Source of the DNA: a virus
IMG/VR virus record: IMGVR_UViG_3300048672_000386
Span: 2,316-66,315 of that record
Strand: one strand, 5' to 3'
Length of the DNA: 64,000 bases
Of the stretch, positions 19,764-30,139 are shown in pieces; positions within the stretch are counted from its first letter, which is position 1; every line of letters starts with the position of its first letter. Under the pieces are notes generated by a model. The model was given only the letters and a program-made list of their open reading frames with translations, had not been told where the DNA came from and searched no databases. A program made the translations under genes and the position numbers.

Positions 19764-20558
19764 ATGGAGATAATTATGATACTTTCAGATAAAACTCTTA
19801 CACAAATAGAACTAGCAACTCGTAGAGCTTACCCAAATGAAATGGCTGGTTTCATCCTTATTGATGGAACTTTTGAAGAACAAGTTAATATCTCTACTAA
19901 TGACAAAACAAGTTCTTTTGAGATAGACCCGCTCAAGTTCCTAGAAGAAAAGGATAGTATCTTTGCAATCATCCATTCGCATACAAAGCAAAGTCACTTA
20001 CATCCACAAACCCCAAGTCTTGCTGATTTAGTTCTAGCAAACACTTACAAACGTACCTTATATATAACATCTTTTGTAAACGGTGTTTATAACCAACCTT
20101 TAAAAGTACCGCCTGACCCTTCAAATACTTATATTAATCGTCCTTACATCTTTGGAGTCTCTGATTGTGGCATACTTATACGAGATTACTACCATTTTGA
20201 GTTTGATATTAGTATTGAACTTACCCTCGAATCTCATTTAACGGTTAAGAAAGACTGGGAAGGATTAGTTAAGAAGACTATTGAAGATAATCAATTAAAG
20301 GATATTGGTTATTTTGAAGAAGACAGGGTTGCGTCTTCTATTATTAGTAATGGTTTACTGGATATTACACAAGTTGGGAAGTTACAGAAAGGTGATTTGT
20401 TAATAACTTCTATCTTAGGCTATTTTAACAACCATGCTATGATTTACATCGGTGATGGGCTACTTCTTAATCAAGCAGAGATTTCAAAAATAGAACCTTT
20501 GGAACTTTATATGAATAAGATAACAAAGGTTTATCGTCACCCAGCTTTGGTGAAATAA
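19764..20558 (+). CDS. Tail tip assembly protein K (JAB/MPN + NlpC/P60)
   Basis: YPNEMAG, HSH..PS.AD, DCG.LIRDY, NHAMIY. Confidence 0.9.
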   Translation: MEIIMILSDKTLTQIELATRRAYPNEMAGFILIDGTFEEQVNISTNDKTSSFEIDPLKFLEEKDSIFAIIHSHTKQSHLHPQTPSLADLVLANTYKRTLYITSFVNGVYNQPLKVPPDPSNTYINRPYIFGVSDCGILIRDYYHFEFDISIELTLESHLTVKKDWEGLVKKTIEDNQLKDIGYFEEDRVASSIISNGLLDITQVGKLQKGDLLITSILGYFNNHAMIYIGDGLLLNQAEISKIEPLELYMNKITKVYRHPALVK

Positions 20559-20559
20559 G

Positions 20560-21198
20560 ATGCACATTATTTTCTTTAATGGACAAGATGTTGAAAGGTT
20601 TAACTTAGAAGTTAAGAATCTTATTCAGTTATATGATTATTTAAAAGTTAATCAACCAAGAATCTTTAAAGAAGTTTCTACAAAAGAACTTTCTTATACT
20701 ATTTATTTAGAAGGAAGAGAAAAAGCTTATCCTTTGTTAGCAACCATGCTGGATTATGACTTTAGTGGTTATGATGTTTTAGTTATTTGTCCGAAGATTA
20801 GCGGGGAAGTTTTATTTACTTCTATAGCGGCTGCTGTAACTGCTAGTGTTGCAGCTAGTATTGGTGCTGGTTTAGCGGCAACTGCTGCTGGTTATGTTGT
20901 AGCTACTGTAGTTACAGTAGGTATTATCATTGCCCTAGGTATGTTAGTTCGCGCCCTTTCTCCTCAAAATAAACTAGACTCCCAAGACCCTTCCCAAGTA
21001 TCTAAACTCTTTAATGGTGTTCCAAACATAACAGAACAAGGTGGAAGTGTTCCTGTAGTTTTTGGTTATTGTTTGTACGGTGGGGTACGAATAGGTTTAA
21101 AACTAGAGGTTGCTAAAACTAGCTATCATGATGTTACAATGGTTGCTGACTTTAATGCTGCTACAGGTCTTCCTTCAAAATGGTTGAAACTATCATGA
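20560..21198 (+). CDS. Tail assembly protein I
   Basis: P.ISG motif, hydrophobic segment, LFNG..N.TEQG.SVPVVFG. Confidence 0.88.
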   Translation: MHIIFFNGQDVERFNLEVKNLIQLYDYLKVNQPRIFKEVSTKELSYTIYLEGREKAYPLLATMLDYDFSGYDVLVICPKISGEVLFTSIAAAVTASVAASIGAGLAATAAGYVVATVVTVGIIIALGMLVRALSPQNKLDSQDPSQVSKLFNGVPNITEQGGSVPVVFGYCLYGGVRIGLKLEVAKTSYHDVTMVADFNAATGLPSKWLKLS

Positions 21199-23582
21199 AT
21201 ACCTTACCTGCTATATATGGTGAAATGGGAGGCGCACCCTCTGCACCTATAAACATGGCGGCAAACTTACGTTCTGACCAATCTTTATTAATGTTATTTG
21301 TAGTTAGTGAGGGGGAAGTTACTTCTCTCGAAGACATCTACTTTAATGATGTTAGTATTAGTGAATTTAAAGCTAGTTTTTCCTTTACCTATGGTGAAGT
21401 AACTCAAGGAATGATTCCTTACTTAAATGCTTCTGCTGTTACTGAAAGTATTGGAACTCCAATTCCTTATAATGATAGTGCTGGAGCTACCAGACCTATT
21501 TCTGGAGACTTTGATTACATAGATGTTTATATAAACTTTAGTAACATAGTGCATACTGAGGGTAATAATAAAGTTTATGCAGATGTTAGTTTTAATATCT
21601 ATAGTGCGGATAGTTCAATTTCTCCAACCTACATTCTGGCTTATCTTACTTCTTTTGCAGGTAAGAGTGATGGAGCTTATCAAGTTTCTTACAGGATTAA
21701 TCGTCCTATTGCTAATAACGGAGACCACGAGTGGTCTATCAAGATAGCACATACTAACCTTAGTGGATATACGCTAGATGAATCTTGTATTATAACTATC
21801 CAAACTATCTCATATTATAACTCTAGTATCGTTAGTAACTATGCAGGTTCAGCACTTGTAGCTATAAGAATAGAAGATGCTTCTGAAATAGGTGGTGGTA
21901 TTCCACAAGTTTCCTTTAAAGGTAAAGGTGTTAAGTTAATGCTACCAAGTTCTAGTTACTACAATCCAGTGACAGGTCTTTATAGGAACATTGCAGATAC
22001 AGCATGGGTAAGTCCAACAGATATAACTAGAGCTACTTGGACTGGTGCTTTTCACACGGTTACAAGTATTCCAAACTATCAATACTCAAACAACCTAAGT
22101 TGGGTTATTTATAACTTTCTAAGTGATTGGTTATTTTTTGAAGTAGATGGAATACGTTATCCCAGAGGTTGCGAGATTCCAAAGGAGCATATTGCTCATT
22201 TTACCTTTGAAGAGTTTGGAAGATACTGCGATGAGCTATTAAGTTATCAAGCTTATGAAGGCGCACCAGTTATTACAGAAAGACGTTACACAGTTAATAG
22301 ACAATTCTTTGAAAGAAAGGACGCAAAGACTGCTAGGGATGATTTACTTACACTTGGTAATGCTGAACTTATTGAATATGATGGGTTAGTTTCTATTGTT
22401 TGGGATAGAAGATTTTCTCAAGATGAGATTGACCAAAGTTTAGTCTTTACTAATCAAAATGTACAAGATGGTATCTTTGAATATGCTAGTACAGATATTA
22501 CCGATAACAATACACAGATAAATGTAACTATCCAAGAGATTGATAACAGAAATAAAACAAGAACATTACTTGTTATGGCTAGTGAACTGGAAGATTTCTT
22601 AGGACTAACCGCAGGATACTTTAATTCCTTATATGGATATACAAGTTCAGACTACCTAATGCTTGGTTGTGCTAGTGTAGCAACAGGACTTAGAAAAGGT
22701 AGAAATCTTCTCTGGGATTCCTTAATGATTGACTTAGATGGGGATGGTATTGTACAATTTCGTTGTCTTATTGAAGCAGTTATGTTACATAAAGGAAGTT
22801 TAATAAGAATCCATGATAGTAATATGTTTGATACTATAGAGACTGGAAGGGTAGTTAGCTATGCCTCTAGCCCAGTAGGTATAAGTCTTGTACTTGATAG
22901 AGCTATTACTTTACATGGTATAACTACTTTAATGGTGTATGATAGTCTTGGTGGTTTAGTTGAATTATTATTGGAAGAAACCTCTGGAACATTAAATGAA
23001 GTATCAGCAACGTATGCTGGAACACTAGAGTTAATACCACAAAGTATCTTTATTCAAAAGTCTGAACGAACAACTTTGTATAAAGTCTCTAATATTACTA
23101 AGGAAGATAATAATTATCTAGTTGAAGCAATTAAATATGATGCTAGAAAGTATGATTTCATTGAACAAGTAGTTACCTTACCAAGTACAGAAAACTTTGT
23201 AGAAGTAATTGCAGGTAAAGTACCAAAAGTTAGTAATATTCAACTAGAGGATAAGACTTCTTTAGATGACATTACCAGTAAGTTCTTTACCTTAACATGG
23301 GAACATAGTGGTTTACCTGATAGGGCATATAAATATCAAGTTGATTGGGCAACTTCTTTAGGAGATACAGGGTCTTTTATTACACACTCCAAAAGTAGTA
23401 ACTTTACACAAACAATAACACAAAATAATCTTATCTATTTTTTTACAATAACTGCATTAAGTAACTTGGACTTACCAAGTAAAGCAGTTACTTTTGCCTA
23501 TGCAGAAGTTAGATATGATACAGGATTACATTATGATAGCCCTTCACTTTATTATGATGGTCTTTCAGCATTACAATTTTAG
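21195..23582 (+). CDS. Tail tip / host specificity protein J
   Basis: VVSEGEV, YSNNLSWVIYN, F..YCDE, FTNQNV motifs; probable start at ATGA overlap 21195 (ORF track 21180). Confidence 0.9.
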   Translation: MNTLPAIYGEMGGAPSAPINMAANLRSDQSLLMLFVVSEGEVTSLEDIYFNDVSISEFKASFSFTYGEVTQGMIPYLNASAVTESIGTPIPYNDSAGATRPISGDFDYIDVYINFSNIVHTEGNNKVYADVSFNIYSADSSISPTYILAYLTSFAGKSDGAYQVSYRINRPIANNGDHEWSIKIAHTNLSGYTLDESCIITIQTISYYNSSIVSNYAGSALVAIRIEDASEIGGGIPQVSFKGKGVKLMLPSSSYYNPVTGLYRNIADTAWVSPTDITRATWTGAFHTVTSIPNYQYSNNLSWVIYNFLSDWLFFEVDGIRYPRGCEIPKEHIAHFTFEEFGRYCDELLSYQAYEGAPVITERRYTVNRQFFERKDAKTARDDLLTLGNAELIEYDGLVSIVWDRRFSQDEIDQSLVFTNQNVQDGIFEYASTDITDNNTQINVTIQEIDNRNKTRTLLVMASELEDFLGLTAGYFNSLYGYTSSDYLMLGCASVATGLRKGRNLLWDSLMIDLDGDGIVQFRCLIEAVMLHKGSLIRIHDSNMFDTIETGRVVSYASSPVGISLVLDRAITLHGITTLMVYDSLGGLVELLLEETSGTLNEVSATYAGTLELIPQSIFIQKSERTTLYKVSNITKEDNNYLVEAIKYDARKYDFIEQVVTLPSTENFVEVIAGKVPKVSNIQLEDKTSLDDITSKFFTLTWEHSGLPDRAYKYQVDWATSLGDTGSFITHSKSSNFTQTITQNNLIYFFTITALSNLDLPSKAVTFAYAEVRYDTGLHYDSPSLYYDGLSALQF

Positions 23583-23591
23583 GAGATAAAG

Positions 23592-24038
23592 ATGGCGAGT
23601 ACAATTGATAAGACAAAACCAGTAGACAATAGCTTAGTAACTGCGGCAGAGTTACGGGCTAACTTTGTTGCTGCTAGTACGGATATTGAAACTTTGCAAG
23701 CTAATCAAGGAGCTACCGCAGGATTGCTTAGTAAATCGTTAGACTATACTACAATACTAACCGATGCTAACAAACAAATACTACATCCTAGTAGTGATAC
23801 TTCTGCTAGAATTTTCACAATAGCGGCTAATAGTAGCGTAGCTTACCCTCTTGGAACTACATTAACTTTCTTAAATCAAGATAGTGCTGGAAGTCTAACA
23901 ATTGCAATAGCTTCTGACACTATGAGACTAGCAGGAGCTGGGACTACAGGAAGTAGAACCCTTGCTCATAATGGAATAGCTATAGCTATAAAACTTGCAA
24001 CAACTGAATGGTTAATCTATGGTTTTGGCTTAACTTAG
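23592..24038 (+). CDS. Tail fibre-related protein
   Basis: VAYPLGTTLTF...IKLATTEWLIYG C-terminal fibre-type domain. Confidence 0.6.
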   Translation: MASTIDKTKPVDNSLVTAAELRANFVAASTDIETLQANQGATAGLLSKSLDYTTILTDANKQILHPSSDTSARIFTIAANSSVAYPLGTTLTFLNQDSAGSLTIAIASDTMRLAGAGTTGSRTLAHNGIAIAIKLATTEWLIYGFGLT

Positions 24039-24067
24039 GCTTTTTATAACTTTACAGGAATAAGACA

Positions 24068-24358
24068 ATGACAGATGCAGTAATTTTAAAACAAGGTACG
24101 CTTAGTAACGATGGAACTGAGCAAGTTACTTTACCAGTTAGATACTATGATAACGGAGACGGAACTTATAGTGAGCAAATAACAGTAGGAGCTAGTGGAA
24201 CTACCTCAAACTTACCTAAACATGATGAGATAATTATAACTAATAATGAAGCGGGAAGTCCTACACTTATAGTTTACAAACTAGCTTCTGTAACTGTACT
24301 AACTATCACAAATACTTATGATGGTAGTAATTTCTTAACACATTCAGTTCGGAGCTAA
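24068..24358 (+). CDS. Hypothetical virion-associated protein
   Basis: In fibre cluster; DNGDGTY motif. Confidence 0.5.
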   Translation: MTDAVILKQGTLSNDGTEQVTLPVRYYDNGDGTYSEQITVGASGTTSNLPKHDEIIITNNEAGSPTLIVYKLASVTVLTITNTYDGSNFLTHSVRS

Positions 24359-24360
24359 TT

Positions 24361-25785
24361 ATGTTGACTAAACTCGACCCTTTCACAGGACTTCCAGTTC
24401 TTGTACCTGATAAAACTGATATTGGACTTCCATCTGTCCCTAATGTTGACTGTACTAATGCTAGTAATATAACTTTTGGAGTGTTACCACTAGCACAACA
24501 TAACCCAGCAGCTCTGGAAAGACTTTATAAATACACTGGAGCGCAACTAACTCCTGAACTTATGGGTTTGACAACTACAGATGTTCAAAATGGTGATACT
24601 ATTCAAATCTATAACATTGCTAATGCTAATCATCTAAGAATGTGGATAGTTAATACAGATACTGCATTAAATGTAGCTAGTAGTTTTACAGAATATACTG
24701 CTGGAACTGCTTCGGCAGTTGCTTGGGGTGGAATTACTGGAGTTCCAAGTCCTGTAAGTTCACTTTCTGGAACAAATACAGGTGATAATGCTGTTAATAG
24801 TAATTATAGTAGTTTAGTATCTAATGCTACACACACAGGAGATGCTACAGGAGCTACTGCTTTAACTGTAGTTGCAATTAATAATACTAACTTAGCTAGT
24901 TTAGCTACTGGAATTTTAAAGAATACAACAAGTACAGGAGTTCCTAGTATAGCAGTAGCCGCAGACTTTCCTATGTTAAACCAGAATACTACAGGTAATG
25001 CGGCTACTGTTACTACTAATGCTAATCTTTCAGGTCATGTAACTTCGGTAGGTAATACTACTTCACTAGGTAGTTTTACCCTAGGACAGTTAGATACTGC
25101 TATAAGCGATGCTAGTCTTAGACAAATATCCCGTGATGGGATTGATAGTGTAGGTTTGGCAAAAATACTTGACCCTATAACTAGCAAACGAATACAAGCT
25201 TGCTATATAGATAACATAGCTTATATAAGATTGCCAACTTTCGCGGAGTTAGCCACAGCCTATGGAAGTCAGATTCTAGCTTCTGGTTGGTCTATTACTA
25301 TTACTAACTACTCTAATACAGAAATCCCCCTTCAAGATGGCAATGCCTCTTTAATAGGTTACTTAAGTTCAGGGGTTACAGCTATCTTTACCTATATATA
25401 TCTTGGCGATACTACTGATTATTGGGACTTTACTATACCAACTAGCTCAAACAAGCAGAACTATTTTACTTATCCCCCCACTTTTAAAGGCGTTATAGAA
25501 ACACATTACCAAATAACTGATACTGCTGGTTTTGCTATAGACCCAAATAATGGAACTGTGCAGTATGTTACTTTAGGAGCTAATAGAACTCCTGTAGCTG
25601 CTAATTGGGCTATCGGACAATCCGTAACTTTAATGGTTGATGATGGGACTGCTTATGCAATAACGTGGTCTGGGTTAGGGGTTACTTGGTTGTCAGGGTT
25701 AGCTGCACCAACACTTGCAACTACGGGATATACAGCTATTACCTTGTTTAAAGGTTTAGGCGGTGTTATTTATGGGAGTTATTGA
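24361..25785 (+). CDS. Tail fibre protein
   Basis: T/G/N-rich repeats (SGTNTGD, HTGDATG, LSGHVTSVG); C-terminal IDPNNGTVQ...APTLATTG domain. Confidence 0.75.
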   Translation: MLTKLDPFTGLPVLVPDKTDIGLPSVPNVDCTNASNITFGVLPLAQHNPAALERLYKYTGAQLTPELMGLTTTDVQNGDTIQIYNIANANHLRMWIVNTDTALNVASSFTEYTAGTASAVAWGGITGVPSPVSSLSGTNTGDNAVNSNYSSLVSNATHTGDATGATALTVVAINNTNLASLATGILKNTTSTGVPSIAVAADFPMLNQNTTGNAATVTTNANLSGHVTSVGNTTSLGSFTLGQLDTAISDASLRQISRDGIDSVGLAKILDPITSKRIQACYIDNIAYIRLPTFAELATAYGSQILASGWSITITNYSNTEIPLQDGNASLIGYLSSGVTAIFTYIYLGDTTDYWDFTIPTSSNKQNYFTYPPTFKGVIETHYQITDTAGFAIDPNNGTVQYVTLGANRTPVAANWAIGQSVTLMVDDGTAYAITWSGLGVTWLSGLAAPTLATTGYTAITLFKGLGGVIYGSY

Positions 25786-26474
25786 TGTTTACGTTAGCTA
25801 GAAAATTACTTAGCTGTAGCTCAGTAAAAAGAACAAACACAGCTATAAACTCGTTATTGTTACATTTTACAGACACAACAGATAGCAGTCCTAACCCCAA
25901 GATATTAACTGCCAGTGGAGGGGCTATAGTAGCAACCCCGTACGTTTTTGCTCCAACATCTGGTAAATTTACTAATGCAACTGATTGTTATTTTTCCACA
26001 CCAGAAGTCCCTGATTTTGATTTCAGAAACAAAGACTTAACAATTAGATTTAGAATTAGACCAACTGCTAACAATGCGCAGTCACAACATATCTTTAATA
26101 ATGGTTATGGTATTCAGATATTTGTAGCTAGCTATGGTTCTTTGATAGTTGGATTATCATCTAACGGGACATCCAACTATCTTACAACATCTACTTCACT
26201 TTGTGCTATACCTACAGGCGCATGGACTGCTATCTCTGTAGAGATAAAAAATAATGTATTACATATATATAAAAATGGGGTAGACATTGGTGAAACCTAC
26301 AACGTAACCGCACCTATATATTATCAAGGAACTGGGAGACTTATGTATATTGGGGGTTTTGCAGGTACAATTGGGAGTATAAGAGGTAACTTGGATGAAT
26401 TTCTTGTTAGAGTCGGTGAAGCTATGGCTGGAGGAGCTAGTTCTTATGTAGTCGAAACAAGCCCTTATTCTTAA
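25782..26474 (+). CDS. LamG/concanavalin A-like lectin domain protein (receptor-binding candidate)
   Basis: LLLHF..D.S, DFDF...DLTI, W..I......LHIYKNG, GNLDEF. Confidence 0.8.
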   Translation: MMFTLARKLLSCSSVKRTNTAINSLLLHFTDTTDSSPNPKILTASGGAIVATPYVFAPTSGKFTNATDCYFSTPEVPDFDFRNKDLTIRFRIRPTANNAQSQHIFNNGYGIQIFVASYGSLIVGLSSNGTSNYLTTSTSLCAIPTGAWTAISVEIKNNVLHIYKNGVDIGETYNVTAPIYYQGTGRLMYIGGFAGTIGSIRGNLDEFLVRVGEAMAGGASSYVVETSPYS

Positions 26475-26582
26475 AAAGTAAATACATCAAATAACAAAAA
26501 CCCCCTCCCCCTAGCCAAGCCCCCTTGGCTAGCCTCCCAAAAACCTACCCTACTTTCTTTCCTAGCTTGCTTAACTAGCTTG

Positions 26583-27368
26583 CTAACTTTCTTTTATCTC
26601 CTTCAACCCCTTCTCAAACACCAAGCTAACTACTTTTCTACCACTTTTAACTTCCTTAACCTTCAAACTAATAACATTCTTGTCCTCAAGTTCCTTTAAT
26701 ACTGGTTTAAGTATCCTTTCATTGAATTTAAAGAACTCTCTCCTAGAATCTGGTACTTCCATCATTCTATATAACTCTTCAAGTGTAAACTCTACTACTA
26801 TATAGGTATTCTCCCCTTGTCTCATCTTAAAAAGTTCATAAAATCTCCAACTGTAGACACTTTGGAGTTCAATTACCTTGCTTAATCTAATCTTAGTAAA
26901 GTGTCTTTGCAAACTATGCAAATATGGCAATACCTCTTCTGTAAATCTAATACTAGCCGAACCAGTTTCTTTATCGAATACAGCGCAACTAACCCATTGA
27001 AAGAAGCCAAGTTTCTTACTTGTCTCAACTTTAATCTTTCTATCTAGTAATTTCATAACAGCAGACTGTAACTCAACCCTTGCATTACTATTATTCAACT
27101 TGAATAGCTCCGCATAGTTGGCAACTGTTATGGTGAAAGTATCATCTCTAGTTACAACATCACCTGTCAACTTCTGCCAATACATTTCCTTTAACTGTTC
27201 AACTGTGAACCTTTCCTGAATCTCCTTACTTGGATACTTATTATAACCTTGTTTAATACTGCTAAGTGCCATAGCTAGTAACCTTCTCTCTGCTAGACTA
27301 AAACTAACAGGTTGTCTTAATAACTCATTATCTATAGCTACGAAGTGGTTCGACTTTACTAAACTCAT
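26583..27368 (-). CDS. Rep_3 (RepB-like) replication initiator 1
   Basis: N.L....FSLAERRLL, FQWVS, IRFTEEVLPYL..L...FT, SVYSWRFYELFK, K.GRKV. Confidence 0.88.
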   Translation of the reverse strand: MSLVKSNHFVAIDNELLRQPVSFSLAERRLLAMALSSIKQGYNKYPSKEIQERFTVEQLKEMYWQKLTGDVVTRDDTFTITVANYAELFKLNNSNARVELQSAVMKLLDRKIKVETSKKLGFFQWVSCAVFDKETGSASIRFTEEVLPYLHSLQRHFTKIRLSKVIELQSVYSWRFYELFKMRQGENTYIVVEFTLEELYRMMEVPDSRREFFKFNERILKPVLKELEDKNVISLKVKEVKSGRKVVSLVFEKGLKEIKES

Positions 27369-27399
27369 TTAATTATCCCCTTATTGATAGTGAAAAGGG

Positions 27400-27429
27400 A
27401 TATTACCATAGTAAACCCTATAATGTCAA
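27400..27429 (-). promoter_or_regulatory. Sigma70-like promoter of rep1
   Basis: TTGACA-18-TAATAT, abutting the first iteron. Confidence 0.65.
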
Positions 27430-27430
27430 A

Positions 27431-27493
27431 TGATAAATTAGGGGATAATAAGAATAAATTAGGGGGTGCTAGTGAATAAATTAGGGGGTGCTA
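27431..27493. repeat. Iteron-like direct repeats (3x ATAAATTAGGGG, period 21-22)
   Basis: Cores at 27433, 27454, 27476; two identical 20-mers GAATAAATTAGGGGGTGCTA. Confidence 0.85.
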
Positions 27494-27606
27494 ACAGCGT
27501 TCAGCCCGCGCCGTTCGTGGCTTGCGGGGGTGTCTAAATAGTAAATAGGAGGATAAACATACCTACCCGCCATTACGAAGTGGGGAAAATTTGCTAGATG
27601 AATGCT

Positions 27607-27654
27607 GGTCGCCTGCTACGCATACGCACCCAGTGAAACCTTCACGGAGTACCT
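27607..27654 (-). other. Candidate cos site
   Basis: AGGTACT (cosQ-like) + 17 nt + imperfect palindrome ending GGCGACC; GpA terminase present. Confidence 0.4.
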
Positions 27655-27726
27655 TAGCACCCGTGATTTGTCAAGCTTTAATTCAACCCTACATCCTTGT
27701 AAGGTTATGATATTACCTTGCCCGTA

Positions 27727-27972
27727 CTACTTCAACGGTTCAAACGTGTCAGTGAAAATGAGATAATATGGCGTTCCTTCGAGGTCACTATAGCCGACTA
27801 AGTTGAATCCTTTGTTAGTTAGCCATTGCGCAGCCTGTTCGATTGTACTCCCTTCATAGCTATATGGGAGAGTAACACTTTGGTTAAAACGCCATGATTT
27901 AAGAGTTATACGGCTGCCACGGGTGTTTGTTGCGCCGTGATAAGTTACGCGGATATTGTGATAGTGTTGCAT
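27727..27972 (-). CDS. Hypothetical early-type protein
   Basis: I.VTYHGATNTRGSRI motif seen in phage early genes; GGA RBS. Confidence 0.7.
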   Translation of the reverse strand: MQHYHNIRVTYHGATNTRGSRITLKSWRFNQSVTLPYSYEGSTIEQAAQWLTNKGFNLVGYSDLEGTPYYLIFTDTFEPLK

Positions 27973-27994
27973 GATGTTATCCTTTGTTGGTTAT

Positions 27995-28195
27995 TTAAAG
28001 ATTGGCTTTCATTGCTTTAGTTATAGCTATCTTTGCCGCATTATGTGACTTCACTGCCCCATGCGCGATAATTCCGTTTGGTACGTGGGCAAGTTGCCAT
28101 GTTACCGAAGTTAAACCAGTTCCCCATAAAGAGTAATGGATGTATCCTGTTAATGCGCGAGTGTTGTCTTTCTTATAGACTGTGGTGTTAAACAT
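27995..28195 (-). CDS. Hypothetical protein
   Basis: ORF with AAGGA RBS. Confidence 0.6.
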   Translation of the reverse strand: MFNTTVYKKDNTRALTGYIHYSLWGTGLTSVTWQLAHVPNGIIAHGAVKSHNAAKIAITKAMKANL

Positions 28196-28221
28196 TAGGG
28201 TATCCTTTATTAGTTAGTGAT

Positions 28222-28249
28222 AGCAGGCAAGGATTTAACCTTGCCTGCT
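28222..28249. terminator. Hairpin AGCAGGCAAGG/CCTTGCCTGCT
   Basis: 11-bp perfect stem right after the stop of 28260..29138. Confidence 0.55.
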
Positions 28250-28259
28250 TTATTGGTTA

Positions 28260-29138
28260 CTATGCGATTAGTTTACTAACTTGCATGGTGTTGTTAAGCA
28301 TTACCAGTTCTTTAGCAAGCTCCCCGACTTTCACAAAGTCCTTTGCCGTCATAGCATTAGCCATTGCAGTTGATAAGGTACTGTTATCTTTTGCATTAAC
28401 GGCGTAACCGTTAAAACGTAGGTCGTTTTTGTGGTCATCGGTTAAGCCTACAACATCACAGGCTAGACTATCGTTGATAACGCGGGGATTAACAGGCTTT
28501 AAGCCTGTAAGCTTTGCCACGTCATCGACTAGCAGGGCTAAGCCTGCGCTATGCTGCTCGCTTGTGATTAGGGCTTTGATGCGTTCAACGGGCAAGTCCA
28601 AAGGTTGCATGAATCTTGGCAAGTCATCGGCTTTAACCCCTACTGTTTGGACTTTGCCATAGTTCCACACTTTGCCTAGTTGGATGTAATCGGCGTTGAA
28701 CTGTGCAGGATTAGCTAAGGCATCCTGCCAAACAGTCTTTAGAAAGTCATGATAGCTCTTAACTTGATCATGTATTGCATTTTCGATTGCCACACGGGTT
28801 ACGTCTTCACTTGTTGCGGGTTTTGTGACTTCTAGAGTCACGGAGGGGGCATCTTTGCAAAGTTCAGTGACTACGATACCTTGTTTTGTAGTGCCAGTGG
28901 TTTGTAACTTGTTGTGGGACAGCTTAGCAAGTTTAAGCATCCCATCGAGTTGAGTATCTAAGCTTGTCGCAAGTTCTACGACTGTGTTGAACGTGTACCC
29001 ATTGAAGTCGAAGGATTCAGGCAGGTTTTGCGAAACTAATAAACTTGTTATTTCATTCAATCTGTTAGCACGTTGTACATTACCTGCGGCACTTTTGCTA
29101 GAAGCTGGTAAAACGTTTTTGAATGTGATTGTTTTCAT
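28260..29138 (-). CDS. Hypothetical protein (292 aa)
   Basis: Long ORF with RBS; no family recognised. Confidence 0.8.
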   Translation of the reverse strand: MKTITFKNVLPASSKSAAGNVQRANRLNEITSLLVSQNLPESFDFNGYTFNTVVELATSLDTQLDGMLKLAKLSHNKLQTTGTTKQGIVVTELCKDAPSVTLEVTKPATSEDVTRVAIENAIHDQVKSYHDFLKTVWQDALANPAQFNADYIQLGKVWNYGKVQTVGVKADDLPRFMQPLDLPVERIKALITSEQHSAGLALLVDDVAKLTGLKPVNPRVINDSLACDVVGLTDDHKNDLRFNGYAVNAKDNSTLSTAMANAMTAKDFVKVGELAKELVMLNNTMQVSKLIA

Positions 29139-29243
29139 GGTTTTATACCTTTTAATGATAAGAAAAATTAAAACATCCTTGTTAGTTGGGTAAAATCCTT
29201 TTAAAGAGTAGCTTACTTTGTAGTAAGCTACTGATTAAAAAGA

Positions 29244-29480
29244 CTATTTTAATTCTACGCCATTTTTAAAATACCTTATCTGTTGTGCTAACTCAGGTGT
29301 ACAGTTACGCAAAAGACTATTATGGTATTGTAAATCCCCTGCATCATCTAAGTCTAAAACAATAAAATTTGTAAAAACATAAGTAAAGCAAAGAGTTCTT
29401 TGAGGGTTAAACTTAACAATATTTGTTACTTGTAAGTTATCGAAATCCCTTGTTGTGTCATAGTCGCCTATCTTTAACAT
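29244..29480 (-). CDS. Hypothetical protein
   Basis: AAGGTG RBS. Confidence 0.6.
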   Translation of the reverse strand: MLKIGDYDTTRDFDNLQVTNIVKFNPQRTLCFTYVFTNFIVLDLDDAGDLQYHNSLLRNCTPELAQQIRYFKNGVELK

Positions 29481-29585
29481 GAGTCACCTTTTGATAAAAG
29501 TTATTGGCAAAATTGCCAGTCTTAACAAGATGTTAAGGCATAGCAAGCTAGTTTATGGCTAATTTGCTATAACTTTAGTCTTTCT

Positions 29586-29849
29586 TTACTTTTCCAAGTC
29601 TAAAATGGTTTGTAAAAAATGTGTTGTACACAAGAAACCATTATTACTTGTAATCGTTAATGCAAAATCATTTATCGTTACGATAGTAGCAGTAGGATAG
29701 TTCTGTAATATCGTCATAACTTCACGCATAGTGTCTTCACTATAGTGATTTGACAAGTGCAACAGTTGGGCATTAATAGGACTACGATAATAAGGTGTGA
29801 CAAAAATAGACTCCCTCATGAGATTCCCCTTCTTAAAGTAGATATTCAA
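29586..29849 (-). CDS. Hypothetical protein (likely start at internal MRES)
   Basis: ORF track; AAGGGG RBS before the internal ATG. Confidence 0.55.
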   Translation of the reverse strand: MNIYFKKGNLMRESIFVTPYYRSPINAQLLHLSNHYSEDTMREVMTILQNYPTATIVTINDFALTITSNNGFLCTTHFLQTILDLEK

Positions 29850-30081
29850 GATTAAAAAGCACTTGCCAAGCGGTCATTAATTGCTTAGCTTTATCTTTCA
29901 AGCCTAGAACGTGCAGGGAATTTGCCGCTCTAACCATAGCATGACGGATTTTGAAGTTCTCAGAGCTGGATTTAAGTGCTTTGTAAGCTGCAAGTAGTGC
30001 TAATCTAAAAGAGCTGTACGCTTGTTTAATCTCATGAGCGAGAGATAATGCGCGTTTGTTGATGTTTTTCATAGTGTTCAC
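29833..30081 (-). CDS. Hypothetical protein, first gene of early block
   Basis: AHEI...FRLAL.AAY motif; downstream of TTGACA promoter. Confidence 0.65.
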   Translation of the reverse strand: MNTMKNINKRALSLAHEIKQAYSSFRLALLAAYKALKSSSENFKIRHAMVRAANSLHVLGLKDKAKQLMTAWQVLFNLEYLL

Positions 30082-30110
30082 CTTTTTGGTTAGTTGTTTA
30101 AGTTATGTCT

Positions 30111-30139
30111 ATTGTTTCATAGTTAGATAAACTTGTCAA
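30111..30139 (-). promoter_or_regulatory. Sigma70-like promoter of early block
   Basis: TTGACA-17-AACAAT with TG; a related second copy lies near 30203-30234. Confidence 0.55.

Noticed and set aside
23592-26474. Diversity-generating retroelement or invertible fibre cassette
   Set aside because: No reverse transcriptase, invertase or TR/VR pair seen
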